The notes below the pieces were generated by a model. It saw only the letters and a list, made by a program, of their open reading frames with translations. It was not told the DNA's origin and did no database searches. A stretch of DNA of 33,000 nt from Iphione sp. A-MEVVRFRX5 (Eukaryota): positions 46,500,001-46,533,000 of the forward strand of contig OZ320321.1 in assembly GCA_976226885.1 (NCBI GenBank). The letters are read 5' to 3'. Both the position numbers and the translations under genes were made by a program. This document shows positions 12,424 through 24,636 of this stretch, in pieces; positions within the stretch are counted from its first letter, which is position 1; each line of letters begins with the position of its first letter.

Positions 12424-14394
12424 AACAAGGGTTCACCTCCTCTTTTGTCCTAACCTTCGCATGAAGATATTTTACCCACCAAATGAATAATGCCCGCACC
12501 TTGAGTCGAATCTATTCATGGCAAGTTGGCTTCCTTGACAGCTTCACGCATGGTGATGAAGTGTTCCTATTGTCCCTGCGAGTGTCAGTTGCCCGTCGAT
12601 GGTCACGCCTTGTTGTCAGTTGTAAATGGCGGCTTGGACACTATGATCACGTGATGTGGCCAGGACCCTCCCCAACAACCTTCAGATGACCTTTCAGAAC
12701 AGGTTTCTGTTTGGGCAGGTCCTTTTCGAGCCGCCCGATGCGCCCCGCTGAAGAAGGAAATTGACTACGTTGGAATGCATTGTATTGGGAGAAGGGCTTT
12801 TGTTTGGTAGCATCAAGCAGAAGTCTGGCATGGCGGGGCCGGTCGGAAGTGACAGCAACTGGCCTACTTGCTTCTGTCTACACTTTGAGGATGCTTCAAG
12901 AGTAGATGACGGGTTTACTTGATGTTTTGCCGAAATGAAATCAGGCGAAATAGCCTCGTTACTTCAATAGTGGTGCTGAAAAGACGCCAATCTTCAAACC
13001 TTAGAAAATTGAAAATGTTGTGTATTGTTATGCTCTAATATGTAGTGACATCACTGTCACTTGGTCTTGAAATTAATTAATCAGATTCCAGACCAGCCTG
13101 GCTCCTGTTCACAATTAATGAAAATTCCAGGTTTAATGCTTAACCACTAGAGTTAGCAATTTTGACGAGAGGTGGTATGGGTCTGGGGTACTGCTAAAGA
13201 TGTGTATAAACAGCAGTCAAAGATAAATCAGATTATATTTTTAACCCGGTTATTTTGAAATCTGAAGTCTTTGTTATCCAGACTACTGAACCGCACTTGA
13301 AGTGCTGATGAAGTATGCGGCCTCAAGTGAGGCGGCAGAGTATTGCACTGAGGTGCGTGAAATTAAGCTTTCAAATTACATACTTGAAGCACAAGCAGGG
13401 CTCACTGTGTCAGTCTGGGATGTTTCCCTCGGTGTTTCATGTCAACGAACAACTCAAGTTACCGAATGATGTCTGAAAACCATTATACCAATAAACGCGC
13501 GACGGAGAAGAGAGGAAATGGAAAGAGAGATACAACAAGAGGGGTAAAAACAAACACTTTGTCTGGACGATAAGAGTGCTTGACAAACTGCAGTGTCGAG
13601 GAAAACGCATACGATAGGACCATTAAGACACGCACCTGGGAGGAAATGATAAAAGATTTAATAGAATGTTGTATTCCAAGGTTGCACAGACCATGGAAAA
13701 AAGATAAGGCCATTCAAGCGAACTACTGGCTTAAGAAATGTCACTGTCTGTCATGATTCTCCACGAAAAAAGGAAGAACAAAGGAAATTACATACATTTT
13801 GGAGTCATGCGACCAAAACATTCAAAACGGGGTTACTTCTTGGTCACATTGGGCATCCCGTGTTCTTTGCCAAAGGGGGAACGGCCTGACTCAGCTGACC
13901 ACAAGTACGAAGTTCACAAGACTGTGACGGAAGCACAATTGGCATCCAAGCGAATGAGAGAAAAGTTAGCTGTAATTGGTGGGGTTGTTTATGTAATGCC
14001 AATTGGACGGAGAGGGCTGGTCGTAACTGCAGTTATTTGCCAAAGTTATGGCACAGGAGGTCAATGCTTGAAGACAGGCCTGAGTAACTCAATTCAGGCT
14101 GCCCTCCGTCGCCGTGCCAAAAGTAGTGGTACTTCCTTTTGTGAGGGCGCCATGACAGCATATCAACTCCTGCTTGTTTCTCGCCACTTGCAAAAGCACC
14201 GTTCCATTATGTCCAAGAGAGAATATTAGCTTCACACAAAGGGGCCACGGCGCCAGCACATTTAGCTTGGCGATACAAGAAGAACCGATCTGGTCTGCTG
14301 AAAATTAGGATAATTACCAAGATGTTAAAATAAGTACATTTCCTACAAGTTCGACTCTCTTTGGAGGACTCTCAATACGAGTAATATTCGAACG

Positions 14395-14464
14395 CTTTCA
14401 TGGACATCTAACAGTACTTTCATGGACGTCTGAAAGTACTTTCTGGGGCGCCTAACAGTACTTT
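14395..14464 (+). repeat. 22-bp minisatellite, 3 copies
   Basis: ctttcatggacatctaacagta / ctttcatggacgtctgaaagta / ctttctggggcgcctaacagta / cttt. Confidence 0.85.
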
Positions 14465-17400
14465 GGAAACAACACAGTAGGTTTGCAAATGCATCTGAGT
14501 TGAACAAAGCGAGTATAGGTAAAAAGTCAAATAAAAAGGACTACAGTGAGAAAAAGTGGGCATATTGAACGCAGGACTTCGGAGTGGTCTATGAGGGAAC
14601 AGTTACCAGTTCGTTGAACTCTTAGTGTCAACAACATATTTTACTGAGTAAATTTGAAATGTAACTCTTCATAGTATCTAAAACCATTTGACCATTCAGG
14701 TATCATCGCCGAGAACAATTTTCACAAGCAATTCTGTCAATTCGTGCATATATAGCATCTGTGTTGACCTCTCATGTCCTGTGGAGGTTCGTCCGAATCA
14801 CACGAATCCCTCTAACTACAGGCCTAGGACGTGATAGGAAAGACATGTGTATGGCTGTATTACCTTTTTTTGAAACACTGCATTAGTTTGATATGAATTC
14901 TGGTTTCAATATTAGTCTTATTTCGTATTATTTCCAATCATTAAGTTAGTAAAGATAAGGCTCGATTCGACTATGCGTTTTGGAACATTGCATTCGTAGT
15001 AATACAACTCGTGTGTAATTCTAGCCGGGGTCCAATGTACTGCACCAACAGAATTGAGTAGCACAATACGTACCTCTGCTCAGTTGCTATAGTCACTCTG
15101 TGGGAATTTGAAACCCCTTCATCTTCACGTTGACGTACTTTAACTGGCATTACCGCGCTCACGATTGATCCTTCCCTTATATTTACGAAAATCTATAGCA
15201 CCCGTTGTCTCATTGTAGAATGCAATTACGCGGTGTCTGGGATGTAGCACTAATGTGGAACCTTCTATAATTAGGTCGGGACCTATTTTTTAACAGCTAA
15301 CGAGCAGATGCAATCATCAGCCTGTCTGAACCCTTAAAAAACTAGTGAACGTAACGTGATTCTTCTCCCAGAAGCTTACTGCAGGCTTCAACAGTGTGTA
15401 TTTGGAATCGATTTACCGTTCACACTGCTGTCAGATAGTGAGTAGCTCCAATGGCTCGAGTTGTTCCAATGGGCTCAACAGGAAGGACTGAGGGAACATT
15501 GGCATCTGTCATACACGCATATGTTCGCCCAGGGCTACCGATATCGGTATGATATACTTGTGCAAACACGAACATTTCTTCCTTGACAAACCCGTAACTC
15601 TTCCCCGTCTATATTCAACCCAATTTCTACCCGAAGCCATCCTTGTAAAACTAAAGAGTTTTATGGTAACAGCTCAGGTTGTGGATAGTAAGAGCGCAGT
15701 TATTTAATGTTCAACCTATTCCTGTCAAAGTTGAACATTATTACTGCTATCACTTTTGGCACTGCGTTTAGAGACTGTAGCTTTAACCAAGCTACCCCAG
15801 AAGGATGCCTCAGTGATGATTGGAGTTTTATCAGAATGTCTTCAGATTAGAAAAGATGGCTGCAATGTTCATGTTAAAACTGGATTAAATGCCAGCCTCT
15901 AAAGCCCTAAAAGAAAATATATTTGGGAAGGAAACACTCGTATTATCACGAACTAATTTTACTGCTTTAGAAACTACTAGTTTATATCAGTTGGTCACAC
16001 TATATTCGGTTTATTTAAAATGCCAATTACTTCACAATCAGGTAAATATGTTAAAAGGATGCATGCACTTGGGCTAGGATTATGGGCTGCATAAGATTTC
16101 AGATTGCGCTTTCCTCAAACCAAAAAGTGTTTGTGCATGCCACTGAATCGAGTTGCCTGAATACAAGCCGTAAAACACGAGGTTTCGATGGTGATAGATG
16201 TTTGTAAAACATTTATAGAGAAAGGAAAGATACACATGCAATATTGTAACTAAGTTCAATCTGGGAGACTGTTAGAACCAAAACATATGGCAGACCACCT
16301 GCCTTTTTTCATCTAGTATGTGAATCTTCCTCATATTGAGAACCATTCTAAAAGAACCACTTTACTTAAATTTACGTATTAAATTTTTCATACAAAGAAA
16401 CTTCATATCCGAACAACATTGACTGACAGACTGAATTCGGATAAACAGATTTACTGTTTATGTATATTGCGTATTTCCATAGTTTCCTTGTGAACGTGAT
16501 TTACGGGCTACCTTCTAGTGTGATGGAATTTTTGACGTTCTCAAAGAGGAAGCGATGCAATGTTGTAGACAAGGAAGAGAGAATTTCCTTGGTAACTCCA
16601 GGGTTGCTTCTCAAGGGACCTAAACACACACAAATATCGGTAACCAAACTGACTTGTTGCTAGTATCTGAGATTCCTCAGAGATTTCCTCGACCCTTTCC
16701 GGTATGCATGCGCACGCCCAAGTGCGCATGTGCAGTGAGATTTATAGCAGAGAAACAGAGCGAGAGTCAAGGCAATTGAGGAACTGTTTATTCCGGTTAC
16801 TAGGTGAAAACACCGCTCATTCCTCTCGGTCTTCGCAACCAGAAACGTTTTGAAGCCAAACAGACAGCTTAACCAAGAAATAACAAACTGCCTCTCCTTG
16901 CTGAACCTCTGCAATTAATGAAGTGTTGGGGATGTTATTTAGCAGTACATCTAGACGTGTATTTTACCTTCAGAACCTTATTGATACAGCTGTCATTGTG
17001 ATAGCAACATTTCTCGGTCGACCGCTTCATCGTTTTCATTACACTCCTCTCCCATGTTTCTCTTCTCTGCTGTGAGAGCTGCTCAGTAAGTCGAAATTTC
17101 ACCCCCCCCCCCTGCAGCCTGACCCCCAGCTCTTCAGCTAGAGTAACTTGAATCAGCCGCGAGTAATCATAACCCTGTGAAGAAACCGAGAGCAATCTAC
17201 AACAGCCAGAACAGTGGAGCCCAATTGAAACAAGTCCTCCAGGAGGTACCATGGAGGAGGCTGATAAGTGGTCTGCTCGTAAGGAGCTATTGGTTGTGTA
17301 GAAGATTATTGTGCTAGTGGTGAGGGCTGACTTCGGGGGTGCTCGAGTAAGCGTCTGTCGTCTCGAGAATCCCCCGACTCCCGTTCGCCCACACCATGCT

Positions 17401-17844
17401 GACAATCAATACCCGGTGGACTAAAACAATTTAGTCGTGCCCCCAAGACGATCTACCGAATTCCACTATCAGCCCATGCTAGCATTCACTTCTCCCCACT
17501 CCCAACCCCACCACCACCACCATCATCATCATATCTCTTAGATTCACTACATGTTCATCATGGCCTGGTGCTTGCACTCTTTTGGCAAGTTTCCTCCTGC
17601 CTCCATTTGTCAAAGTGTCATGCACAGACGGAGCGATGTGCGAAAACGTGGAAGGCGGAGGTAATTCAGGACCCATTTCACATTCCCGTTGAATGTTTCT
17701 TCCACGGGTAGATTCTTTTGGTCCTGTATTACAAAGAGTACACGATTAACTTTAGTTTGAAATTAACGTTGAAAAGAAGTCATCGTTCGGAAGGAGGCTG
17801 TCGATGCCAATCTCTTGCAGATTTCACTGTCATTTTAAATGATT

Positions 17845-18090
17845 TTCCATCGTCTCTTGTTCTTTGTCTGTTTGTCCATCCGTCTGTTTATCCCTCGCAT
17901 TCTCTCCCTTCCCCTCTCTCTTTGGCTTCACCTGTCTGTCTCTTTCTCCCTCGCTTTCCGTACGTCTCTCTCGCTCTCTCCATTTTTGTGTCTCCTTCTC
18001 TGTCTCTCTCTCTCTTCGTCTGTCTGTCTGTCTTTCTCGCTTTTCTTATCCCTCTGTATCTGCTTATCTCGGCCTGTTTCTCTGTCTGCG
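17845..18090. repeat. Degenerate (CT)n/(CTGT)n pyrimidine-rich tract
   Basis: C/T-dominated tract; generates several overlapping low-complexity ORFs. Confidence 0.85.
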
Positions 18091-20277
18091 CCCACACGAT
18101 GTGACGATTTAAGAGGTTGATAAGCAGACCGCCAACGAATCAAGGCATTTAACGAGTGAAAACTAGGAAAAGACAACTATCCCGAGATGAAGCCTGAAGC
18201 GATGGCTTTTTCGTGTAATCATTTTCTCCCGGACTTGTGATTTAGTTGGTGATAAAAGAGAAAGAGGGTCAAATATTGAGTGTCCTTGCAGAGAGGTTGA
18301 CCCTTCCTCTGCTTCCCTCTGGATGAATGATCTGATCAATAGATCCCTCTTGGTTTAAATAGTATGCTTCCATGGCCTCCTCGAGATTGATTTCACAAAC
18401 CTTCTAAACCGACATGCATCTTGCATCACTGTCAAAAATTGGCAATAACCATTTCAAGAGGAAACCTTGCAGATGGAACTACCAACAGATAAACAATGAT
18501 ATTCAGTATGATCACTATAACAGATTTGATAAGATTATTAACATACTCCCTTGGGAGCAGAACAGGTATTTAATCATTAGCTGATTCTTCAAGTGGTACG
18601 TTAAGAATCCACCGTGTTTCCCCAACAGAAACTGGGGTAAGCTCCCAGTATCCACGAGAACCACGATTTAGCTGTACGTGCAATAGCAGGGCCAGAGGTT
18701 TGCGTCTACTTAAGAGAATCACGCCAGGATTCTTATACTGCTGTTGGATTGACTCCTTAAGGGCCAGTCGATTTTAGTAGTTTCAATGTCCTGTAGGCAT
18801 GCATCACCCCGGCCGGTAGGTAGCGATGAAACGGACGGTGAAGGCCAGGAAGGAATGTATGTTTACCCTCACCCAGCCAAGGATTAGACCCTAGACAATG
18901 CTCCCCTTTATAGTATGACCGGAGGCACCGTGTATTGAGATGGAACCAGGGGATAGGAAAACCTACATTATCCATAGGACATATCCCAACGTGGAAGGTT
19001 GTAGGGATATTAAGTGCCAATTCTATTAAAACAGACCGCAAATACAGGTATACCTCTATTAAGCGATCCTTTGAAAAGGAGACCTCACTGAAATAAAGTG
19101 GCAATCTATATGGACAATATGGCCTTCGGGCTACTTTTAAACATATGATATATAGCAAGCCAAAAACTGTGTAACTGGAAACAGAAACGGTGTATCTATG
19201 ATAAGAAAGGACCCAAGTGAAACCAAGGGGCACATCTACTTTGATGAGAGAGGTATATTTACGAAATGTTATACACAGAATTTACACACTGCAAGACAAG
19301 GTTAATAATAGGCATATTTTGGTCTATTTGTATAGAATATAGGTGATATTTATGAAAGGGGCTAACGTGCATTGCCTGTGCAAGAAGGTTAACATGATGT
19401 GATGGTTGTCAATGGCCATAGCATCGATACCATGAAAGGTATACTTAAGAAAAGTGACGAAGTGAGGTGTAAAGAGGTCAATGACAAACAGCAGACATTC
19501 CAGACTAGACTGTAGGTACTCGTACTGCTTGTACTTGTAGTTGGTCATGCCTGCCACTGCAGGGCGACCCTGTTATTAAGCTGACTAAGAGGCTGACTTC
19601 TATAGACCCGCGGACTCGTCACATACTTCATGTAATACCCATACAGGACGCCCATTCTCCCTCTCGTCGCCACATCCTCTGCCCTTTTGGCTCAAGCCAT
19701 CTCGGGTCCTCACAGACCTTTTGGTCCACTTGACTACAATCCCATATCAGGTTGCACACAATTATAAGATTACACCCGAGACAATGCTCTGTTTCAGTGT
19801 AGTACATGGGCTTTGTAGGGAGGGAGGCAGGATACACAAAAATATGACTGTTTGCTATGATGTTATCTAGTGTATAACAGGAAAATGTGAAGACTGTTGT
19901 AGCGTCATTTGACGGTATTATAAAGGTGCAGAGATCCATAAATTTATTTTTACCCAACACAAGGCTCTGCATAGAGGGAATATCCTGTTTACTATGACAG
20001 TTTGTTCAGCTTCTCTCTTCAAAATGTGTCATGAAGCGTACACCTGTAACACTGAGGCATGCAAATGTTCAAAATATCATTAAAGGAAAGGGCTCGGCCC
20101 CCCTACACACACACCTCTCCCGGAGTACGCAGTATACAATTTGCCGATCTGATGCTAACAAAAAGGTCTAAGAATGGTTGGAAAGAGATGCCGGACAAGG
20201 AAACGAGTGAAAAAGACCGAGGGAGAAAGAGGAAAAAGATTAATAGTAGGGTTAAAGCCAGAGAGAAACAGACAGAG

Positions 20278-20280
<3 letters not shown>

Positions 20281-20320
<40 letters not shown>

Positions 20321-20328
20321 GAGAGAGA
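20281..20328. repeat. (GA)n microsatellite
   Basis: About 18 perfect GA units from 20281, then a degenerate continuation. Confidence 0.95.
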
Positions 20329-21397
20329 TTTCTCCGTCCTACGTTCCTTACGGTAAGAAAAAAAACAACCCCTCCCCCAACTCAGGACAGCCTAGTTAGG
20401 GACTATTAGTGTCGAGGTAAGTGGTCGCGGCCGTACTGAAAATGGCCCCTCGGCCAATTCGGGGGTGGGGATGGGGAGGAGTACTCAGAAATAGCCAAGG
20501 CTGGGACTGACTAACACCCTAGGGAGCTTACTTGAAGAAAAGGGGTAGCCGTGAAAATCTGAGCTAGAACTACATAGACTGGAAGTAAGAATCTTGACCA
20601 GAGGCTGCTACTGCTAGAAAAGCCCCCACTTTGGGAAAAAACACCGAGAGAAGGCCGAGTCCGGATACAGACAACTCACAGATAGGGAACACGCAGTCGA
20701 CACATGTGACAGCATGTATAGTCTTCCTTTCATCTCATGCCACATGCCCAAAGGTCAGACCCCAGACCATTACGACTCGTAAGAAGCAAAGCCCAAGGTT
20801 GCGTGACCAACTCATCTCATGCTCTGCGTGAGCCGCAGAGGACACGGACTCGGAAATGGCTGGGTGAGTGTGATTCGGGTATGTAAGCTGTAGGAAGGGG
20901 GGGAGGGGGCTTGCAGATCATCTAAGTGCGTTGGGTAGGTTGTAAGGGTGGCGGGGATGCGGCCCAAGGGGGCCGTGTGACCTCAGTCTACGGACATGTC
21001 TGGGGCCTTCCTTACGCGGTAAATCATGTCATTGTGAACGCGGTCGTTGGCACACCTTTCGTTAGGAGAAGAACCCAATTGGTGTCCTCGTCCAGGTTTA
21101 CTCGGTGCGAGGAGTCAATGGTTGAAACCCCCCCCGCCTCCCCAGAAGGGGAGGATTACTGCTTGCTCGCCATCCTGGTTCAGCATTCCTCTACAATGTA
21201 TCAAAACAGATGAATCATATATTTCCGGATCACAATATTGCTATTGTGTATGTATATATATATACTTAAAGGTTAGGAACAACAGGTGACGAAAACCGAG
21301 CTTTGAAATGGAGAGCTTAGCATAGAGCATGAACAAAGCAGTGTGTTAGGCCCTTTTTCTGTAAAGGTGTCTGTTGAGCCTTTTTCTCGGAGAACCA

Positions 21398-21431
<34 letters not shown>
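21398..21431. repeat. (ACAG)n tetranucleotide microsatellite
   Basis: acagacagacagacagacagacagacagacagac. Confidence 0.95.
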
Positions 21432-21644
21432 TCGCAGTCGGGCGGCTAACTACTAACTAAAGGGGACGTAGGTTGCATACAGATGCTCAATATACAGACA
21501 GGGGGACATACATACATGTTGTTGCATGGAGGTGTTCAATTACTTGTTGTAATGCGCATACCCTTTGAAAAATAAAGCTTTTATTTTAATGTTTTAGTTA
21601 AAGATGACAAAGTAAAGTATTTTAAATTACCCGTTAATTTACAG

Positions 21645-22104
21645 TTGCCAGCCAGGACATCCTCATCTGGTCGCAGCACTCTCACCTGTGGACCAAGCTA
21701 CGCGGCATCTACGGTCCCACCGAACAGTGGCTGCAGGCCTCCCGCCGGCCCTTCGTCACCAGCGAGTCGGCCCGCAACAGCATCATGAACAGCCTGGCCT
21801 ACGACCACCAGCGCCAGTTCGTCTACTGGCACGACAGCCAGGCCAACGCCATCTACCGGCAGCCCGTCAACGACAGTCTGGTGCGGCGGCGCGACGACAA
21901 TCGGGAGCTCGTCTACGAGAAGACGGCGCAGGAAGTGAGCGGGCTGGCCGTCGACTGGCTCACCGAGAACGTCTTCTGGGTCGAGCGAAGTCACGGCCAG
22001 ATCCGGATGACCCGGAAGCACTCCTCTGCCACCGACCTCTACAGGATTGTATCTCAACAGAACCTCCCCAAACCCCAAGGCATCGCAGTCGATCCTGTTC
22101 AGGC
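21645..22104 (+). CDS. LRP/LDLR-superfamily-like protein, exon A (YWTD propeller 1, blades 1-4)
   Basis: Acceptor ttaatttacag|TT (phase 1), donor GC|gtaagt (phase 2). Translates ASQDILIWSQH...SLAYDHQRQFVYWHD...GLAVDWLTENVFWVE...PQGIAVDPVQ, showing typical LDL-receptor class B motifs and strongly GC3-biased codons. Confidence 0.93.
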
Positions 22105-22169
22105 GTAAGTAATATTGATATACGTGTACACGTACATTGCTGTCCTGCAACATTGTGTTTGGCAGTGTT

Positions 22170-22255
22170 CATATATGTGTGTGTGTTTTAATGTACGTTT
22201 GTGTGTGTGCATGTGTGTGTGTTTGCGTGTGTAGGCCTACATGCGTGTGTATCGT
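22170..22255. repeat. Degenerate (TG)n microsatellite in intron 1
   Basis: atatgtgtgtgtgttttt...gtgtgtgtgcatgtgtgtgtgtttgcgtgtgt. Confidence 0.8.
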
Positions 22256-23097
22256 GTTTTCATCAGACACTTAGATATCAAATGTGTACGAACCAAACTG
22301 GTCGCAAATATTAGCACCATTAGATGCGCACTGGATGAATAGCAGACATTATTCAACCATTTGAATTTAACCATCAACCAAATTTCGACCAGTCTTCAAA
22401 ACTATTCAAAGGAAATTGACTCAAAAGGAAAGGAGGCGCAGAAATATCTACAAGGATAAATGATTTGTCAAATGTTAAAACAACAACCATAGGAATTCGA
22501 GCTGGGGTTAAAAAGGGTTTTTGACATTTAACTAATATGTTATCTACCTTGGCAATATCTAAATAATGTACCTGGTATTATCCATGTAGTCTTCATAAAG
22601 TGAACAACCGCCCCAGTCATCAAACGATCTCCTACTAAATATGACATCTACGTATCTACCTGCTATTCCTTTCTCTTTTAGCATACTGGATAACATAGCA
22701 TTAAAGATATAATTCTGTATAGTTTTTACTCTAATCTTTGTACTTACAAGAAAGGACAGCATTCATCGGGGAGTATTATTCTTTCTCTTTATGAACATCC
22801 TGTCACGTATCTCCTAATATCAATTAGTCTAGTTGTGGATAATTAAGGGGGTCCCTAGTTGCTGGGTGGAGTCTTTCTGGGGGGTAGACTGGGGAAATTA
22901 CAAGTAATTAGTAGGTATTCATCGTCACCATTATCTGTAGATACAATGAATGTCGGGTCCACCTAAGGGGGACACTTTGTTCTCCCTCACACAGAGCTAC
23001 CAAACCAAGTCCTGCGGAAAGTAAATATGCATCATCTGCATGGTAGCTACATTTTCTTATATGGATTTAACACATACATTTCGAATGTGATGAAATA

Positions 23098-23411
23098 GTA
23101 TAAACCCACCAATTAGCAGTATAAACCTGCCGATTTGTGGTATAAACCCACCAATTTTCTACATAAAATGGAAACATTCAGATATTTTCACCCCAAAACG
23201 ACAGAATTCAGGAATTTCCAGCTGAAAAATACAAAACTCAGGCATTTTCACCCCACAACTACAAAATCAGGCATTTCAGCCAAAAAACGTTCCGATTTTG
23301 GATATAAATGTTCACTTATTTGAGTATGTATATAGTTAAAAATGATTTTTTCCAGCGAAATTTGTATTTCGGTTAATTCGGATTTCGAGTCTTTGGTTTT
23401 GGAGAATCGTC
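23098..23411 (+). mobile_element. Truncated MITE-like element with internal 21-bp and ~30-bp tandem repeats, related to 31769-32207
   Basis: gtataaacccaccaatt 21-bp units x3 (23098-23160); ~30-bp aaaactcaggcattttcacccc units (~23172-23290); 23294-23411 aligns with 32081-32202, both ending tttggttttggagaatcgtc. Confidence 0.65.
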
Positions 23412-23905
23412 ATACATACCTGCAGGTATACAGACATAAAAATATGTATCTTTCTTGCCACATGAAAATTGTTATGTCCCATATAGAGGTTAACAGTGAA
23501 AAAAATCTATCATGTCCATAAACTGTGCTGCCTACAAAGTTGAGTACCGTATATCGAAAATAAACTACCGGGGCCTACAGCACTTATCCCCAATTTTGAG
23601 TTTTCGTGCCAGTAGAATCGGCCACAAGATAGGATTCTATTTTATGTATAAATATACAGCGTAGAGGCATACTGTTCTCCAAATTGTCTTCAGTATTTGA
23701 CGTTACTTGTTCATTTTCCCTGCCGGGTTACACCCTCTCCCTTGAGGGCAACAATCATACCACACAGTCTGGGAAATGCATGTATCTAGTACAGGGAAAA
23801 AAACAAGACAGGTGAAAAACCCGATACTAACACATTAAAATGATTAATTTTAGACATGTGTGAGACAGTTAAAAAGATATCTGTGTACGTATAGTACGTC
23901 ATAAC

Positions 23906-24046
23906 TTATGTATACTGAATGAGCGATTGCCATGCACCCAGGAAGGATGCAACTCTCCAGTTAAATGCTACACTGTTATCTAAAAACCGGCCTAGCTACT
24001 AGTAGGTCTGCCTTTCACTCCACACTTCCAGGTTAATATTCTTTGT
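23906..24046 (-). repeat. Dispersed repeat fragment, copy 2 (inverted relative to 2246-2386)
   Basis: Its reverse complement matches 2246-2386, with a near-identical 43-nt core. Confidence 0.85.
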
Positions 24047-24362
24047 ACCACATATCCACTGAATATTGTTCAGGCTCCTGACAAGCAACTTTCCAGTACA
24101 TCAGAGAAACACCTCCAACAATTTCACATAAAATAACGCCATAGTCTAATCCCACCCAAACTCACACACGCACACACACACGGAAAAAAGTCTCACAGTC
24201 TGGATGATGCCGTGAAAAGATACTTGTAAATGTATGAACTAACACTCTGAATATCTACTGCGCCATTCTCGACGTGATTCTCAGTCCATTGTAAATTCAA
24301 GTAGACATACACACATGAAGAACCCAAAATGACCAGGTGACTTTGTGTCTTTGGTCCTACAG

Positions 24363-24636
24363 GCGCCTCTACTTCAGTACCAACGACGAGACTCAGGGTT
24401 CGTTCATTGAATCGTCCGGTATCGAGGGAAACGACAGGCGTCAGTTAGTACAGGTGGGGCCTGTCACGGCGCTCACACTGGACCTCTCCGAGAACTCCAT
24501 CTTCTTCATCGATTCCGACGGCGCCACCCAACAATCGGGAAGGCAGCGTCTCCGGAAGTTGGACTTGCGGACGAACGCGGTGCAAGACATTGTATCACTT
24601 CCGCATCTGAAATATCCGGGCATCGCCGCTCACGGG
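24363..24636 (+). CDS. LRP/LDLR-superfamily-like protein, exon B (propeller 1, blades 4-6)
   Basis: Acceptor ttggtcctacag|G (phase 2, completes GCG), donor GGG|gtaggt (phase 0). Translates RLYFSTNDETQGSFIESSGIEGNDRRQLV...ALTLDLSENSIFFID...HLKYPGIAAHG. Confidence 0.92.

Noticed and set aside
12480-13000. GC-richer block that looks like transposon coding debris
   Set aside because: All frames examined have frequent stops and no recognisable motif; nothing can be claimed.
13290-13375. CTGATGA...GAAA with small hairpins, resembling a hammerhead ribozyme core
   Set aside because: Stem II cannot close next to the core and no stem III/cleavage triplet pairing was found.
15430-15625. Minus-strand frame TGKSYGFVKEEMFVFAQVYHTD... 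resembling an RNP-1 motif
   Set aside because: Incomplete motif, no RRM context, ends in a stop without a good donor.
17020-17091. Signal-peptide-like RFIVFITLLSHVSLLCCESCS followed by a perfect gtaagt donor, as candidate 5' exon of the YWTD gene
   Set aside because: No in-frame ATG, and the donor is phase 0 whereas exon A needs phase 1.
17718-18176. Cluster of overlapping Ser/Leu- and Arg/Glu-rich ORFs
   Set aside because: Products of a CT-rich simple repeat.
20059-20409. ORFs with ERERER runs
   Set aside because: Driven by the (GA)n tract.
21688-22191. ORFs 21688..22191 (+, other frame), 21698..22153 (-) and 21960..22172 (-)
   Set aside because: Shadow frames of GC-rich exon A; only the frame of 21785..22108 has YWTD motifs and fits the splice phases.
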